64,000 nt of DNA, from positions 154,679 through 218,678 of the forward strand of contig CAYQXJ010000006.1 of assembly GCA_964421565.1 (NCBI GenBank), in the 5' to 3' direction. Positions 49,185 through 58,598 of the stretch are shown here, one piece after another; position 1 is the first letter of the stretch; the number at the start of each line of letters is the position of its first letter. This stretch comes from an uncultured candidatus Brocadiaceae bacterium (lineage in GTDB: Bacteria > Planctomycetota > Brocadiia > SM23-32). Made by a program: the position numbers and the translations under genes. Under the pieces are notes generated by a model that had not been told where the DNA came from, did no database searches, and saw nothing but the letters and a program-made list of their open reading frames with translations.

Positions 49185-50018
49185 ATGGCCCGAGTGGAAG
49201 AAGCCCTGCGCGATTTCGTAGATCGGGAAACTCGCCACGCCGTCTCCGACGTTATGGCGGACCTGCCCGAGCAACTGCGCCAGTTTCGTCGTGAGCTGCG
49301 TGATGTCCACAGAGCGCTCAACCAACTGAGCAGTGAAGTGCGTGGCCTCGCTGCTGCCGGTGCCTTCCGCAGCCCTGGCGGCCCGCAGGATGCCGAATCA
49401 ATGGCGTTTACCGCCGAAGGTCTGAAGTCGCTGCGAGAGCAGTTTGACCTGACCCAGCAGGAACTTGCCCAACTGTTGCAGGTCTCGCCCGTGACCGTCA
49501 CCGCGTGGGAGACCGGCAAGTCTTGCCCGCGTCGTTCGAATCTGGCGCAGATTGCCGCCATGCGCGAAGCCGACCAGGAGGAGATCGACGAGGCACTCGG
49601 CAGGCAACCCGTGCCCGACATCTCCGGCATAGACGTCAAGCGGCTGCGCCGGCGTCTCGGGCTGACGCAGAACGCACTCGCCGAACTGATCGGCGTATCG
49701 GCGGCGGCCGTTACCTCCTGGGAAACCGGTAAGACTATTCCCAGTCGGGACAATCGCCGCGCGCTTGCCGAACTCAGCGAGAAGCCGCTCAGCGAGGTGG
49801 AGGAGGAACTGACGCGCTCGGGCATCATGCTGCCGCATGAAGAGGCCATGTCGCCGGAGGAAATCCGCCAGATCCGCACCGCCGCCGGCCTCTCCCAGCG
49901 AGAGCTCGCCAAGGAGATCGGCGTCTCGGTCAACTCTGTCTCCAACTGGGAGACGGGCCGCACTGCGCCGCGTCGCGCCAGCGTTAAAGAACTGCTGCGC
50001 CTGCGCGAACAATCCTGA
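49185..50018 (+). CDS. Protein with three tandem XRE/Cro-C1-type helix-turn-helix domains
   Basis: There are three internal repeats of LTQxELAxLLxVSxxTVxxWETGKxxPxRxN. They are LTQQELAQLLQVSPVTVTAWETGKSCPRRSN, LTQNALAELIGVSAAAVTSWETGKTIPSRDN and LSQRELAKEIGVSVNSVSNWETGRTAPRRAS. A GAGGGGGGAAG Shine-Dalgarno sequence precedes the ATG at 49185. Confidence 0.7.
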   Translation: MARVEEALRDFVDRETRHAVSDVMADLPEQLRQFRRELRDVHRALNQLSSEVRGLAAAGAFRSPGGPQDAESMAFTAEGLKSLREQFDLTQQELAQLLQVSPVTVTAWETGKSCPRRSNLAQIAAMREADQEEIDEALGRQPVPDISGIDVKRLRRRLGLTQNALAELIGVSAAAVTSWETGKTIPSRDNRRALAELSEKPLSEVEEELTRSGIMLPHEEAMSPEEIRQIRTAAGLSQRELAKEIGVSVNSVSNWETGRTAPRRASVKELLRLREQS

Positions 50019-50144
50019 AGCAAGACGAGTTCGGCCCGACCGCCACGGGCGGCAGGAGCCTCAAGCAGGCCACTGCGCGCTTGCGGCACGGGGCCGCCCG
50101 CCCGTATACTGCGCATTGTCCCTGCCCATGCTTACTCGCGTCCT

Positions 50145-50220
50145 GAGGGCGTAGCTCAGCCGGCAGAGCAACGGACTTTTAATCCGTAGGTCGTGGGTTC
50201 GATCCCCACCGCCCTCACCA
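50145..50220 (+). tRNA. tRNA-Lys (anticodon TTT)
   Basis: The cloverleaf has an acceptor stem GAGGGCG/CGCCCTC, D arm GCTCAGCCGGCAGAGC and anticodon stem-loop ACGGA-CTTTTAA-TCCGT. Anticodon TTT is flanked by T and A. The T arm is GTGGGTTCGATCCCCAC. The discriminator is A, and an encoded CCA follows. Confidence 0.85.
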
Positions 50221-50537
50221 TATGCCACGCCACCGGGCCTGCTGCTCCGCAGCACAGCGAAGCGCCCCGAAGCGCGCCTCGCAACCGTGTCACTGCCCCG
50301 CCCGTCTGGTGCAACCATGCGGTCCCGTCCCATCGCAGAGGGTGTCAGAGCGTCGCGCGAGCAGCACGAGTACAGCCCAATCACAAATGCCGATTCCAAC
50401 CAAGCCCGGCTGTGGCCAGGACATGGGGAGAATGTTGAAGCGTCACGGTGCTTGTGCTATAAAGCCCCTCAGGAGAATAGCTTGCGATCCGACGTCTGCG
50501 CCTGTCGAGGCGTCCGGGCCTGGACCAATGGGACACG

Positions 50538-52433
50538 ATGATCCGCCCCCATCTCATCACCAATCGGGTGCGCCGAGCCGCACTCCGGCCGATTGTGCGG
50601 AAGGTGAACGATCTGGAAGCGCAGACGGCGCGCCTCTCCGACGCTGAACTGCGCCGGTCGGCGCCGCGGCTCAGGGAGTGTCTGAGCCGGGGGGCGGAGT
50701 TGGACGGGCTGATGCCCGAGGCTTTCGCCCTGGTGCGGGAGGCGGCGAAGCGCCAGATTGGCGAACGGCCCTTTGACGTGCAGGTGATGGGCGGCGTTGC
50801 CATGCACCACGGCTGGATCGCCGAGATGCAGACGGGCGAGGGCAAGACGCTGGCCGCCACACTGCCCGCCTTCCTGAATGCGCTGCCGGGCCGCGGCGTT
50901 CATGTAGTCACGGTGAACGACTACTTGGCCAGCCGCGACGCCGAGTGGATGGGCAGCATCTACCGCGCCCTGGGGCTCAGCGTGGGCTGCCTGGTGCACG
51001 ACGTGGGACCGCGCGAGCGTGCAGCGACCTACCGCGCAGATATTACCTACGGCACGAACAAGGAGTTTGCCTTCGATTACCTGCGCGACCAGCTTCGCGC
51101 GCATGCCGCGCGCAACGCTCCGGCCGTCGGCGTGTTCGAACGCCATGCGATGCGCACCAACGCGGGTGGTGGCAAGGTGCAGCGGGGGCATCACTTCGCC
51201 ATCGTCGATGAGGTCGATAGCATTCTGATCGACGAGGCGCGCGTGCCGTTGATCATCAGCGAGCGCGAAGGCGAGGTCTCGCCATGGGCTTCGGCATACA
51301 CTGAGGCGCGCGAGCTGGCGCTAAGGCTGCGGGAAGGGCAGGACTATATTCTGCACGAGGAGGAACGGGGCGTGCAGATGACCGTGCGGGGGATTGAGAG
51401 GGTGCGACAGGCTGCAGCGGGGGGGCGTCCCGGTCGTCCGTTCGAGCACCTGGTGGAACAGGCGCTGCGAGCGGAGCACCTGTTCCAGCGCGATCGTGAA
51501 TACCTGGTGGTGGACGACCACATCTGTATCGTTGACGAGTTCACCGGCCGCCAGATGCCCGATCGCTCGTGGTCACTCGGGCAGCACCAGGCCATCGAGG
51601 CGAAGGAGGGCGTGCCGGTAACCGACGAGAATCGCACCCTGGCATCGGTTACCTTCCAGCGCTACTTCAAGCTCTACGAGAAGCTGGCCGGCATGACGGG
51701 CACGGCCCGCGAATCGTCGGCGGAGTTCAGCAAGGTCTTCGGCCTGCCAGTGGCGGCCGTCCCGACCAACCGGCCGATGCGTCGGCGGCGGATGCCCTGT
51801 CAGGTCTTCGCTACATGGGCGGACAAGTACCAGGCCGTGGTCGAGCGCGTGCGAGAGCTTCACCGGCAAGGGCGCCCCGTCCTCGTGGGTACTCGTTCCG
51901 TACGCCGCAGCGAGGAGCTGAGCAGGCGGTTGAGCGAATGCGGTATAGAGCACAACGTGCTCAACGCGCGCAATCACGCCGCCGAGGCACGGGTCATCGC
52001 GGAGGCCGGGCAGCCCGGCCGCGTCACGATTGCCACGAACCTGGCGGGCCGAGGGGTGGATGTACTGCTCGGACAGGGGGTGGCGCAGGTGGGCGGGCTC
52101 CACGTGCTGGGAACTGAACTGCACGAGGCAAGCCGCATCGACCGCCAGCTCGGGGGGCGAGCCGGCCGCCAGGGCGAGCCCGGCAGTTACGAGTTCTTCC
52201 TGTCACTGGAGGACGATATACTGGGCCGGTGGAGCAAGACGCTGGGAAGTTGGCTGCGGTGCCGAGCGCAGAGGGCAAAGGGGGGCCGCGTCAGCCGGCT
52301 TCACCTGCCCTTCTTTCGGCTGGCCCAGCGGGGCATCGAGCGACGTCACCTGCGGATCCGGGTAGACCTGCTCGAGTACGACGAGCGCCTGGAGGAGATG
52401 AAAGGGAGCCTCGGGGCGCCCGCGTGGGGCTGA
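50538..52433 (+). CDS. SecA-family ATPase lacking the C-terminal scaffold, wing and tail domains (SecA2-like, truncated)
   Basis: The N-terminus FDVQVMGGVAMHHGWIAEMQTGEGKTLAATLPAFLNALPGRGVHVVTVNDYLASRDAEWMG matches SecA NBD1 nearly position for position. DEVDSILIDEA is the DEAD motif. NBD2 (LVGTRSV...TIATNLAGRGVD) and the start of the helical scaffold (SLEDDILGRW...LLEYDERL) follow. The protein then ends at 631 aa, where canonical SecA continues for another ~270 aa. Confidence 0.75.
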   Translation: MIRPHLITNRVRRAALRPIVRKVNDLEAQTARLSDAELRRSAPRLRECLSRGAELDGLMPEAFALVREAAKRQIGERPFDVQVMGGVAMHHGWIAEMQTGEGKTLAATLPAFLNALPGRGVHVVTVNDYLASRDAEWMGSIYRALGLSVGCLVHDVGPRERAATYRADITYGTNKEFAFDYLRDQLRAHAARNAPAVGVFERHAMRTNAGGGKVQRGHHFAIVDEVDSILIDEARVPLIISEREGEVSPWASAYTEARELALRLREGQDYILHEEERGVQMTVRGIERVRQAAAGGRPGRPFEHLVEQALRAEHLFQRDREYLVVDDHICIVDEFTGRQMPDRSWSLGQHQAIEAKEGVPVTDENRTLASVTFQRYFKLYEKLAGMTGTARESSAEFSKVFGLPVAAVPTNRPMRRRRMPCQVFATWADKYQAVVERVRELHRQGRPVLVGTRSVRRSEELSRRLSECGIEHNVLNARNHAAEARVIAEAGQPGRVTIATNLAGRGVDVLLGQGVAQVGGLHVLGTELHEASRIDRQLGGRAGRQGEPGSYEFFLSLEDDILGRWSKTLGSWLRCRAQRAKGGRVSRLHLPFFRLAQRGIERRHLRIRVDLLEYDERLEEMKGSLGAPAWG

Positions 52434-52454
52434 TGGCGCTGCAACAGGGGGGCT

Positions 52455-54635
52455 TCATATGAGGAAGCGCCGATGCAGCATGCGGCGCAGCCGCAGCCAT
52501 ATGCGCCGCCCAATGGTCTGCTCGCCCACGATGAACCTCACTGTGCCTGCGCTGCCGACTGGCAAGGAGCGGGCGTCAGGACCAAGGACGACATCCACTC
52601 TGTACCAGGGCTCCAGGGTTCGCGCGCCCTGGGGGGCCTGAGGGTCCAGCAAAATGGGGCCTCCGGCGGCGCTTGTCAAGGGGGCAGGGGGCGCCTGATG
52701 GGTTGCCGAGGGGTGTATCCGCTCGATGGTGCCCGTGAATATGCGGGCGGGCAGGGCTCGGAATCTGATGCGCGTTCCTCTCACGTCCTCACTCTGAAGC
52801 GCGGCGATATCCGCCGTCTCAACCGCTGCCGTCACGCGGGTCGCCTCCAGGGAGGCGACGGCAAGCACCGGCTCCCCCATGCGCAGGAAGCGTCCGTGAA
52901 CGCGATCGAGGTCGGGCGCGATGACCCTGCCGTCGAACGGCGCATGGATCGCCATGGCGTCCTGGCGCCGCTGCGTGGTTTGGAGGTCCTGCTGCAGGCG
53001 CGACAACCGTTCGCGTTCGACAGTGGCCTGCGTGGGATTGCCCGTTGCCTCGAGCCTGCGGAGTCTCGCTCGCGACTCCTGCACTGCCAGTTCCATGCGA
53101 CGCACTCCATGGTCCAGCAGTTCGTTGCTCAGAGTTGCCAGCAACTGGCCGGCCTCGACCTGCTGGCCATTGCTAACACGCACGTCGGTCAGAAAGCCAG
53201 GCCATTCGGCGCGGAGCATCGCTTGCTCGGCAGGCTCCAGCGCACAGGGCGCCCGCACGGCCGAGTCGATGGGCACCGCTCCGAGCAGCAGCACCACCGC
53301 CGCAACGAGACCTGTGAACACACCGATTGCCCGAGCGCGCACTGGCCGGGTCACCTTGTCGATAAAGATGTACTTGAGCAACTTACTAAATGGATTCAGA
53401 ATCCAGAGTATAGCGACCAGCACAGCCAGGGCTACGCCAAGGGCGAAGAACTTTGAGGCGATCATCAGCAGGATGCCAGTGACTATGAAGCAGCGATAGA
53501 GCGTGGCCAGCACGCCGTAACACAGGAACCACACCTTCTCCCGGGACAAGTCAGTGTTGAGCGCAACGCGTTCACCCACAAGATAGCGCTTGAACAGGTA
53601 CTTCACGTAATCCGTTGAGCGCTGCCTCAGATTGGGGATCTCAATGAGATCGGCCAGGATGTAATAGGCATCGTAGCGCAGCAGCGGATTGCCGTTGAAC
53701 AGCAATGCTGACACGCTGGCGATGAAGATTATGTTGTAGAGTATCGTGCGGATGGTGCCCGGCTCCAGCAGCAGCCAGCCGAAGACTGCCAACGAAGCGA
53801 TGAATAGCTCGACCATCATGCCCGCCGCGCCGACCAGCACCTTCGGCCACTTGCGCGGGAAAGCCCACACCGGCGTCGTATCTACGTAGAGCACGGGCAT
53901 GAAGATCAGGAACATCACGCCCATGCGGTGCACCTCCGCCCCATAGTGCCGGGCGGCGAACGCATGCCCGAATTCGTGACATCCCTTTACCAGCACGAAC
54001 GCCAGGTAGAGATACACAAGGTTGCCCGGGGCCAGGATGCCGTTCGCCCGCGAAGCAAACGCCTCGACGTTGTAGAAGAACGCGAAGAGCGCCGCCCCGA
54101 GCGTCAGCAGCCAGACCACGAACACCTTGCGCGAGAAGACCCACCGAACGTAGGGCAGGGTCGCCCGAAGGAAGCGCTCCGGGTCGATGAGCGGAATGGT
54201 CAGGTACATGAAACTGCTCAGCTTCTGTTTCACGCGCTGCCGACGCTTCTTGCCGGCCCGCTCGACCGTCCAGCGCGCTTCCTCGTCGCCGCTGCTGACG
54301 GTCAGGTTCGCGTGCCGCAGCATGAAGACGAACCCGACCAGGTCGCGGAAGGAAGGCGCCCGGCTGCCGTAAGTCGCCTTCAGCCGGTCGTGGATGGTGC
54401 CAAGGCTTGTCTCGCCGTTGAGCTGTTCCAGTATCTCGCGCTCAACTCTTCCGACACGAAAGTACTGGAGGGTGACGGGGTCCTGCAGCACGAAGTGGAC
54501 CTCACCCCCGAACCGCTGCGGCACGATGTCAGCATCAGGCCGTAGCCGTGGGGTTCGCGTGCGCAAGTGGGGCACGCGGTCCTCAAACTCCAGCTCTGCC
54601 GAAAGGTCGTATTCCGGCGTTTTCGGTCCGAGCAC
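52455..54635 (-). CDS. Fusion protein combining an N-terminal PqqD/RRE-like domain, a peptidase M50 (site-2 protease) membrane domain and a C-terminal HlyD-like periplasmic adaptor domain
   Basis: The N-terminal ~100 aa (VHFVLQDPVTLQYFRVGRVEREILEQLNGETSLGTIHDRL) resemble PqqD-like peptide-binding domains, tentatively. The polytopic region carries HEFGHAFAARHYG (an HExxH zinc motif of M50) and a downstream N..P...D motif. The C-terminal third has HlyD-like coiled-coil and beta-barrel segments (LEATGNPTQATVERERLSRLQQDL...). Confidence 0.65.
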   Translation of the reverse strand: MLGPKTPEYDLSAELEFEDRVPHLRTRTPRLRPDADIVPQRFGGEVHFVLQDPVTLQYFRVGRVEREILEQLNGETSLGTIHDRLKATYGSRAPSFRDLVGFVFMLRHANLTVSSGDEEARWTVERAGKKRRQRVKQKLSSFMYLTIPLIDPERFLRATLPYVRWVFSRKVFVVWLLTLGAALFAFFYNVEAFASRANGILAPGNLVYLYLAFVLVKGCHEFGHAFAARHYGAEVHRMGVMFLIFMPVLYVDTTPVWAFPRKWPKVLVGAAGMMVELFIASLAVFGWLLLEPGTIRTILYNIIFIASVSALLFNGNPLLRYDAYYILADLIEIPNLRQRSTDYVKYLFKRYLVGERVALNTDLSREKVWFLCYGVLATLYRCFIVTGILLMIASKFFALGVALAVLVAILWILNPFSKLLKYIFIDKVTRPVRARAIGVFTGLVAAVVLLLGAVPIDSAVRAPCALEPAEQAMLRAEWPGFLTDVRVSNGQQVEAGQLLATLSNELLDHGVRRMELAVQESRARLRRLEATGNPTQATVERERLSRLQQDLQTTQRRQDAMAIHAPFDGRVIAPDLDRVHGRFLRMGEPVLAVASLEATRVTAAVETADIAALQSEDVRGTRIRFRALPARIFTGTIERIHPSATHQAPPAPLTSAAGGPILLDPQAPQGARTLEPWYRVDVVLGPDARSLPVGSAGTVRFIVGEQTIGRRIWLRLRRMLHRRFLI

Positions 54636-54650
54636 CGTTCACATCCCCAA

Positions 54651-56573
54651 TTACCACCACACGTGCAACCGCACCCAGTCGACCAGTTGTCGCGTTAGCA
54701 CCCATGTTACGTGTCGTCGGCCCACGCGCACCCTGGCCGCCCCCTCCATTCCCGGGCGCAGCGGCCGGCCACTGGCCGGGATTATCGCTTCTGCAATGTA
54801 GTAACTGGCCGCGTCCTGAGTCTCCGGCAACGGGCGCACGCCACCCACTTTGAATTGTATCTCTCGGCCGGGCTGCGCCTTGGTGGTGAAGGTCCCAGGT
54901 TGGCCGGGCTCCACGTACGTCACATCGCCCTGAGCCACCCGCATCTCTAACAGCAGGCGGTCCAGCGGCGCCACCTCCACCAGTTGTTCGCCCATTTGCA
55001 CGGGCCGGCCGATATCCTGGCGCAGGTCGCCGGCTATCACGATGCCCTCAACACGGGCGCGCAGCGTGGTGCGCGCCAGGCGGTCCTCCAGGAGCTGAAC
55101 CTCTGCGTCGAGCGCCTGCAGCCGCGCGCGGGCCTCGGCGTACTGAGCCGTTTTGCCTTCGTCCAGCAGCACCCGTGCTTGCGCCTGTTGGCTGCTGCGG
55201 TTGCTGAGCGCCTCCCGCAGGCGCAACTCCAGCTCGTCTCGCTCGAACTCGACCAGCACCTGGCCCGGTTCCACCGTGTCGCCCGGGCGAACCGGCGCCG
55301 CTTCGATCGTCGCATCGAAGGGCGCGGCATAGACGTACAGTTCCGCCGGCGCCAGACGGCAACTGCCACTCACGCTGAAATGCACCCTTCCGAACACGCC
55401 GAACAGCACCAGCGCGGCGAGCACGACGGCCGCGACCTTGCGCCATGGGTGTTCACGCCCGAAGAGCCACTTGCCGGCGCTCGCCAGCCCGTCAGCGACT
55501 CGCTTCGGCACACCGCGATCATTCTCCAGCGCCAGCCCGAGCACCGGGCCGACCTGCCCGGCCAGAACGTGCACCACCTGCCGTTTCTCTTCGCTGAATG
55601 CCGACTCGCCGAACTCGAACGTCCATACCCCCACCAGCCTCTCATCGCGGCGCAGCGGCACGCTGTGTACGGCCTGCGAGCCGCCGCTTCGCGCCAGCCG
55701 CTCGTGCTGCGGGCAGCGGGTCAACTGGCGGGCGCGTTCCTGATCCGGCGCACCGGCATCGAAGTGGCCCGTTTCGCCACTGACCTGGACCTCGGCCTGC
55801 GCCGCCTGCAGCAATCGGGCGGTATTTGTGCGCCGATCTACGATATCCTCGCCGGAGATTGCGACTACCCGCACCTTGCGGCGGCTGACGAACCCGAGAG
55901 ACACGCGCGCGGCCCCGAGTTGCGAGCGCGCTTTGTCAACCAAGACCTGGGCCATCTGAAGTGCAAGGTCGAACGCGAGCGCCTCTGCCAGGATATCCCA
56001 TGCGCTGCTGAGCGCCCCATAGAGCGCCTGGAAGTGCTCTGCGCGGCTGCTGGCAACTCGCAATGCGCCGAACTGAGCGAGAAGGCTTAGCAGCGCGACG
56101 CCGGCGTCCGAGAGGGCAGGGGCGCCTTCACCTACGACGATGCTCACACAGCCCATGGCGTCGGCCGTAGCCTCCGCCGGGAAGCCGACGGCGACATACG
56201 CCTCGCCTGTCAGCAGCTCGCCTGCCGGCTCGGGGACCCTACGGTAGCACACGATGCGCTGCTGCGCGGTGTCGGCTGCCAGCTCCTTCAACCTCTGCAA
56301 CCACTGGTGGGCCGCTTCGCCGCTGACTTTCAGCAGCAGCTCTGCGGCCAGCGTGAACTCGCCCTCGTCGCCCGGCAGCCAGTAAGCCGCGTACGTCGCG
56401 TCTGCGACGCTTGCCATGGCTTCCAGCAACTCGCGGACGAACTGCTCGGGCTCCACAGCGGCCTCGGACCGTTCGCGGAGCCTCTCGATAAGCGCCAGCA
56501 GCCTCATCCGCGCCGGCTCGGGCTCCGCCGGGGTCCCGGGGCGCTCGTGACCGTGTGGGTCCTGCCGGCTCAC
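54651..56573 (-). CDS. GAF-domain / HlyD-like membrane fusion protein
   Basis: The N-terminal ~330 aa look like GAF-like alpha/beta regions. A single TM helix (VAAVVLAALVLFGVFG) follows. The C-terminus is a HlyD-type adaptor with coiled-coil and lipoyl-like beta-barrel segments (PGQVLVEFERDELELRLREA...RARVEGIVIAGD). Confidence 0.65.
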   Translation of the reverse strand: MSRQDPHGHERPGTPAEPEPARMRLLALIERLRERSEAAVEPEQFVRELLEAMASVADATYAAYWLPGDEGEFTLAAELLLKVSGEAAHQWLQRLKELAADTAQQRIVCYRRVPEPAGELLTGEAYVAVGFPAEATADAMGCVSIVVGEGAPALSDAGVALLSLLAQFGALRVASSRAEHFQALYGALSSAWDILAEALAFDLALQMAQVLVDKARSQLGAARVSLGFVSRRKVRVVAISGEDIVDRRTNTARLLQAAQAEVQVSGETGHFDAGAPDQERARQLTRCPQHERLARSGGSQAVHSVPLRRDERLVGVWTFEFGESAFSEEKRQVVHVLAGQVGPVLGLALENDRGVPKRVADGLASAGKWLFGREHPWRKVAAVVLAALVLFGVFGRVHFSVSGSCRLAPAELYVYAAPFDATIEAAPVRPGDTVEPGQVLVEFERDELELRLREALSNRSSQQAQARVLLDEGKTAQYAEARARLQALDAEVQLLEDRLARTTLRARVEGIVIAGDLRQDIGRPVQMGEQLVEVAPLDRLLLEMRVAQGDVTYVEPGQPGTFTTKAQPGREIQFKVGGVRPLPETQDAASYYIAEAIIPASGRPLRPGMEGAARVRVGRRHVTWVLTRQLVDWVRLHVWW

Positions 56574-56611
56574 CGTGGCCTCCGCTCAAGGGCTCGGCGC
56601 GACGCTCGCCG

Positions 56612-56956
56612 CTACGTGCCCGCCTGCCCCGGGCTGGGGCCAGTGCTGGGCGCCTGCTGGCGCTCTGGCAGTTCGATGACCCCGCGGGCATCCTCGTACC
56701 GTTTCACCAGGTTGCCTAGAGTGATGGCCAATCGCTTGGCCGAGGGGTAGGAGAGTATGACGCGGTTGCTCACCTGGATGTGGACTTCACCCTCTTCGTT
56801 CGGCCCTGCGTTGAAGCCGAAGTTCAGCACAACCTCCTCCGGCGTGCTCGCCACCACGGTGATGTTCGCGTAGTCGAGGTCCACATCCGGGGCATGCAGG
56901 CGCACCTGCCGCTCCTGCTCGGGTCCGCGGGCTTTCTGGTCTTCACTGGTTTGCAT
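56612..56956 (-). CDS. DUF3467-family protein
   Basis: DLDYANITVVASTPEEVVLNFG...VSNRVILSYPSAKRLAITLGNLVKRYEDARGVIELPE matches the DUF3467 pattern. For comparison, the family shows Y(S/A)N...EF(V/I)LDF and ...AKRL...L.....YE. A GGAGG Shine-Dalgarno sequence precedes the ATG at 56956. Confidence 0.65.
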   Translation of the reverse strand: MQTSEDQKARGPEQERQVRLHAPDVDLDYANITVVASTPEEVVLNFGFNAGPNEEGEVHIQVSNRVILSYPSAKRLAITLGNLVKRYEDARGVIELPERQQAPSTGPSPGQAGT

Positions 56957-56976
56957 GCGGCCTCCACATGTGGTTC

Positions 56977-57804
56977 TCAGTCGGTCAGTTGGAACGTCAG
57001 TGTTCCGAAGGTGCCCGCAACGACCGACCCGTCGGGATTCGGCAGGCGCAGCTTCACGCGGTAGGTGCCGCTGGCGGGGTCGGCGACGCTGTCGGCCACC
57101 ACCACGGTGCACTTCAGGCGCTGCTCGGGCCAGCTCTCCAGGGCCAGTGTGGCCTGTGCGCCGGGCTCGATCCGTCCGGCGGTCTCCACGGGCACGTCGG
57201 CGACGACATAGAGGGGGTCCAGCGTCACCAGGCTGAGCACGGGTTGGAGCGGCTCGGCGGCCTCGCCCTCACGGCGGGCTATGCGGAGCACCTGCGCGGC
57301 GTAGGGAGCGCGGATGACCGTCTGCTCCAGGCGCACCCGGTCTCGCTCGGCCGTCAGCTCCGCAATGCGCAGCTCATTCTGCGCGTTCTGGATCGAAAGT
57401 TCGGCCAGGTCCATGTCCAGCTTTGCCCGTTCCAGGTCCGCCTGGCTCGAGACATCTTTCTCGAACAAGTCCAACTCGCGTTCGTACTCCTTCTGCAGCA
57501 GGGTGTGCTGTGCCACGGCGGCCTGGATGCGGTGGCGAGCCGATTCGATATGTGCCATGCTCACGCGCAGTTGGGCCCGCAGCAGGGCATCGTTCAGCCG
57601 TACCAGCTCCTGCCGTTTCTCCACCGGTTCACCTTCTTCGACAAGCACTTCCGTGACTATCCTGCCGGTCTCAGCGGCCACGGCTACTTCGCGATAGGGG
57701 ACCGTCTTGGCGCTTACGGTCACCTCGGCGGCGGCGATGCCTGGCGCAAGCATCAGGACGGCAATGGCGGCCAGCAGGCCGCAGCGGCACTGTTCTCTCG
57801 CCAT
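56977..57804 (-). CDS. HlyD-family periplasmic adaptor (membrane fusion protein)
   Basis: The signal/TM segment is CGLLAAIAVLMLAPGIAAA. A coiled-coil hairpin (LRAQLRVSMAHIESARHRIQ...ELRIAELTAERDRVRLEQTVIRAPYAAQV) and the C-terminal beta domains follow. The ATG at 57804 is preceded by GAGGTGG. Confidence 0.75.
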   Translation of the reverse strand: MAREQCRCGLLAAIAVLMLAPGIAAAEVTVSAKTVPYREVAVAAETGRIVTEVLVEEGEPVEKRQELVRLNDALLRAQLRVSMAHIESARHRIQAAVAQHTLLQKEYERELDLFEKDVSSQADLERAKLDMDLAELSIQNAQNELRIAELTAERDRVRLEQTVIRAPYAAQVLRIARREGEAAEPLQPVLSLVTLDPLYVVADVPVETAGRIEPGAQATLALESWPEQRLKCTVVVADSVADPASGTYRVKLRLPNPDGSVVAGTFGTLTFQLTD

Positions 57805-58010
57805 CGGCAGACCACCTCGCATGCACGGTATCAAGTCGACCACACCTCAGACATTGCGCCACCCCTTACTGCTGTCTTGCGCACGAACTCGGCGCAGAGC
57901 GCGCGGCTTCGCAGCGGCTCGCCACGTGCGACGGCCTCCCGTGCGTCGGGAGGCCGTTTCTATCGTCGCGGTCACGCTACGCCTGTGCCACCGAGCGCGC
58001 GAACAAGGGA

Positions 58011-58463
58011 TCACCCGAAGAGCGAGTAGATTCCCGTCTCCGCAAGCGCGTCGAAGCCCGCATACAGGGCATTGCTGCGGAACACGATGGGCTTCACTAT
58101 CTCGTAAGCGCCGATTCCGTACCCTCCGAAAGCGGAGGCGGCGAAGTCCCCGACGATCTTGACCTTACCGACTGTGCTGCGCCATACGAATCCGTCGGTT
58201 AGCACGAGGTTGAACAGGTCGTAGCCGCCCGGCAACATCGTGTTGACGCCGCCAGCGGTCGCGCCAGCCACCAGCAGGGAGTTGTTGAAGTTTCCGCCGA
58301 CCTTCAGCGATTCAACGCTCCCACTCAGGTAGGTGTCCGCATCGTCACCGCTGCCGCCCGGCAACAGGTCCGCCCCCAGGTTGGCGCCCGCGACAATGCG
58401 TGCGCCGTAGCAGTCGGCCTGTGTTTTGATCTTACCGATGTTGCGCGCCACGATGGTGGCCAT
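58011..58463 (-). CDS. Hypothetical Gly-rich protein of 150 aa, possibly the C-terminal remnant of a larger secreted protein
   Basis: The ORF has strong GC3 bias typical of coding sequence in this genome. It has no convincing Shine-Dalgarno sequence or signal peptide. It sits head-to-head with the truncated TolC fragment. Confidence 0.35.
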   Translation of the reverse strand: MATIVARNIGKIKTQADCYGARIVAGANLGADLLPGGSGDDADTYLSGSVESLKVGGNFNNSLLVAGATAGGVNTMLPGGYDLFNLVLTDGFVWRSTVGKVKIVGDFAASAFGGYGIGAYEIVKPIVFRSNALYAGFDALAETGIYSLFG

Positions 58464-58598
58464 CGTTTCGAACGTTGGCGTTGCCGGCGGGAAGGGCCAG
58501 AGCGAGAAGGTGCCGATCGCACCGGTTTTGAGCATGTCCAGGTCTTCGAGGATTCGCTGGAGCTGGCGCGTCGGCAACTGCGGGACACGCGCGAGCGT

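Noticed and set aside
50221-50537. Looked for a direct repeat of the tRNA-Lys 3' end that would delimit an integrated island downstream of the tRNA
   Set aside because: I found no copy of the tRNA 3' segment (GGTTCGATCCCCACCGCCCTC) further downstream in the window, and no integrase gene. GC content of the downstream genes matches the rest. The island hypothesis is unsupported here.
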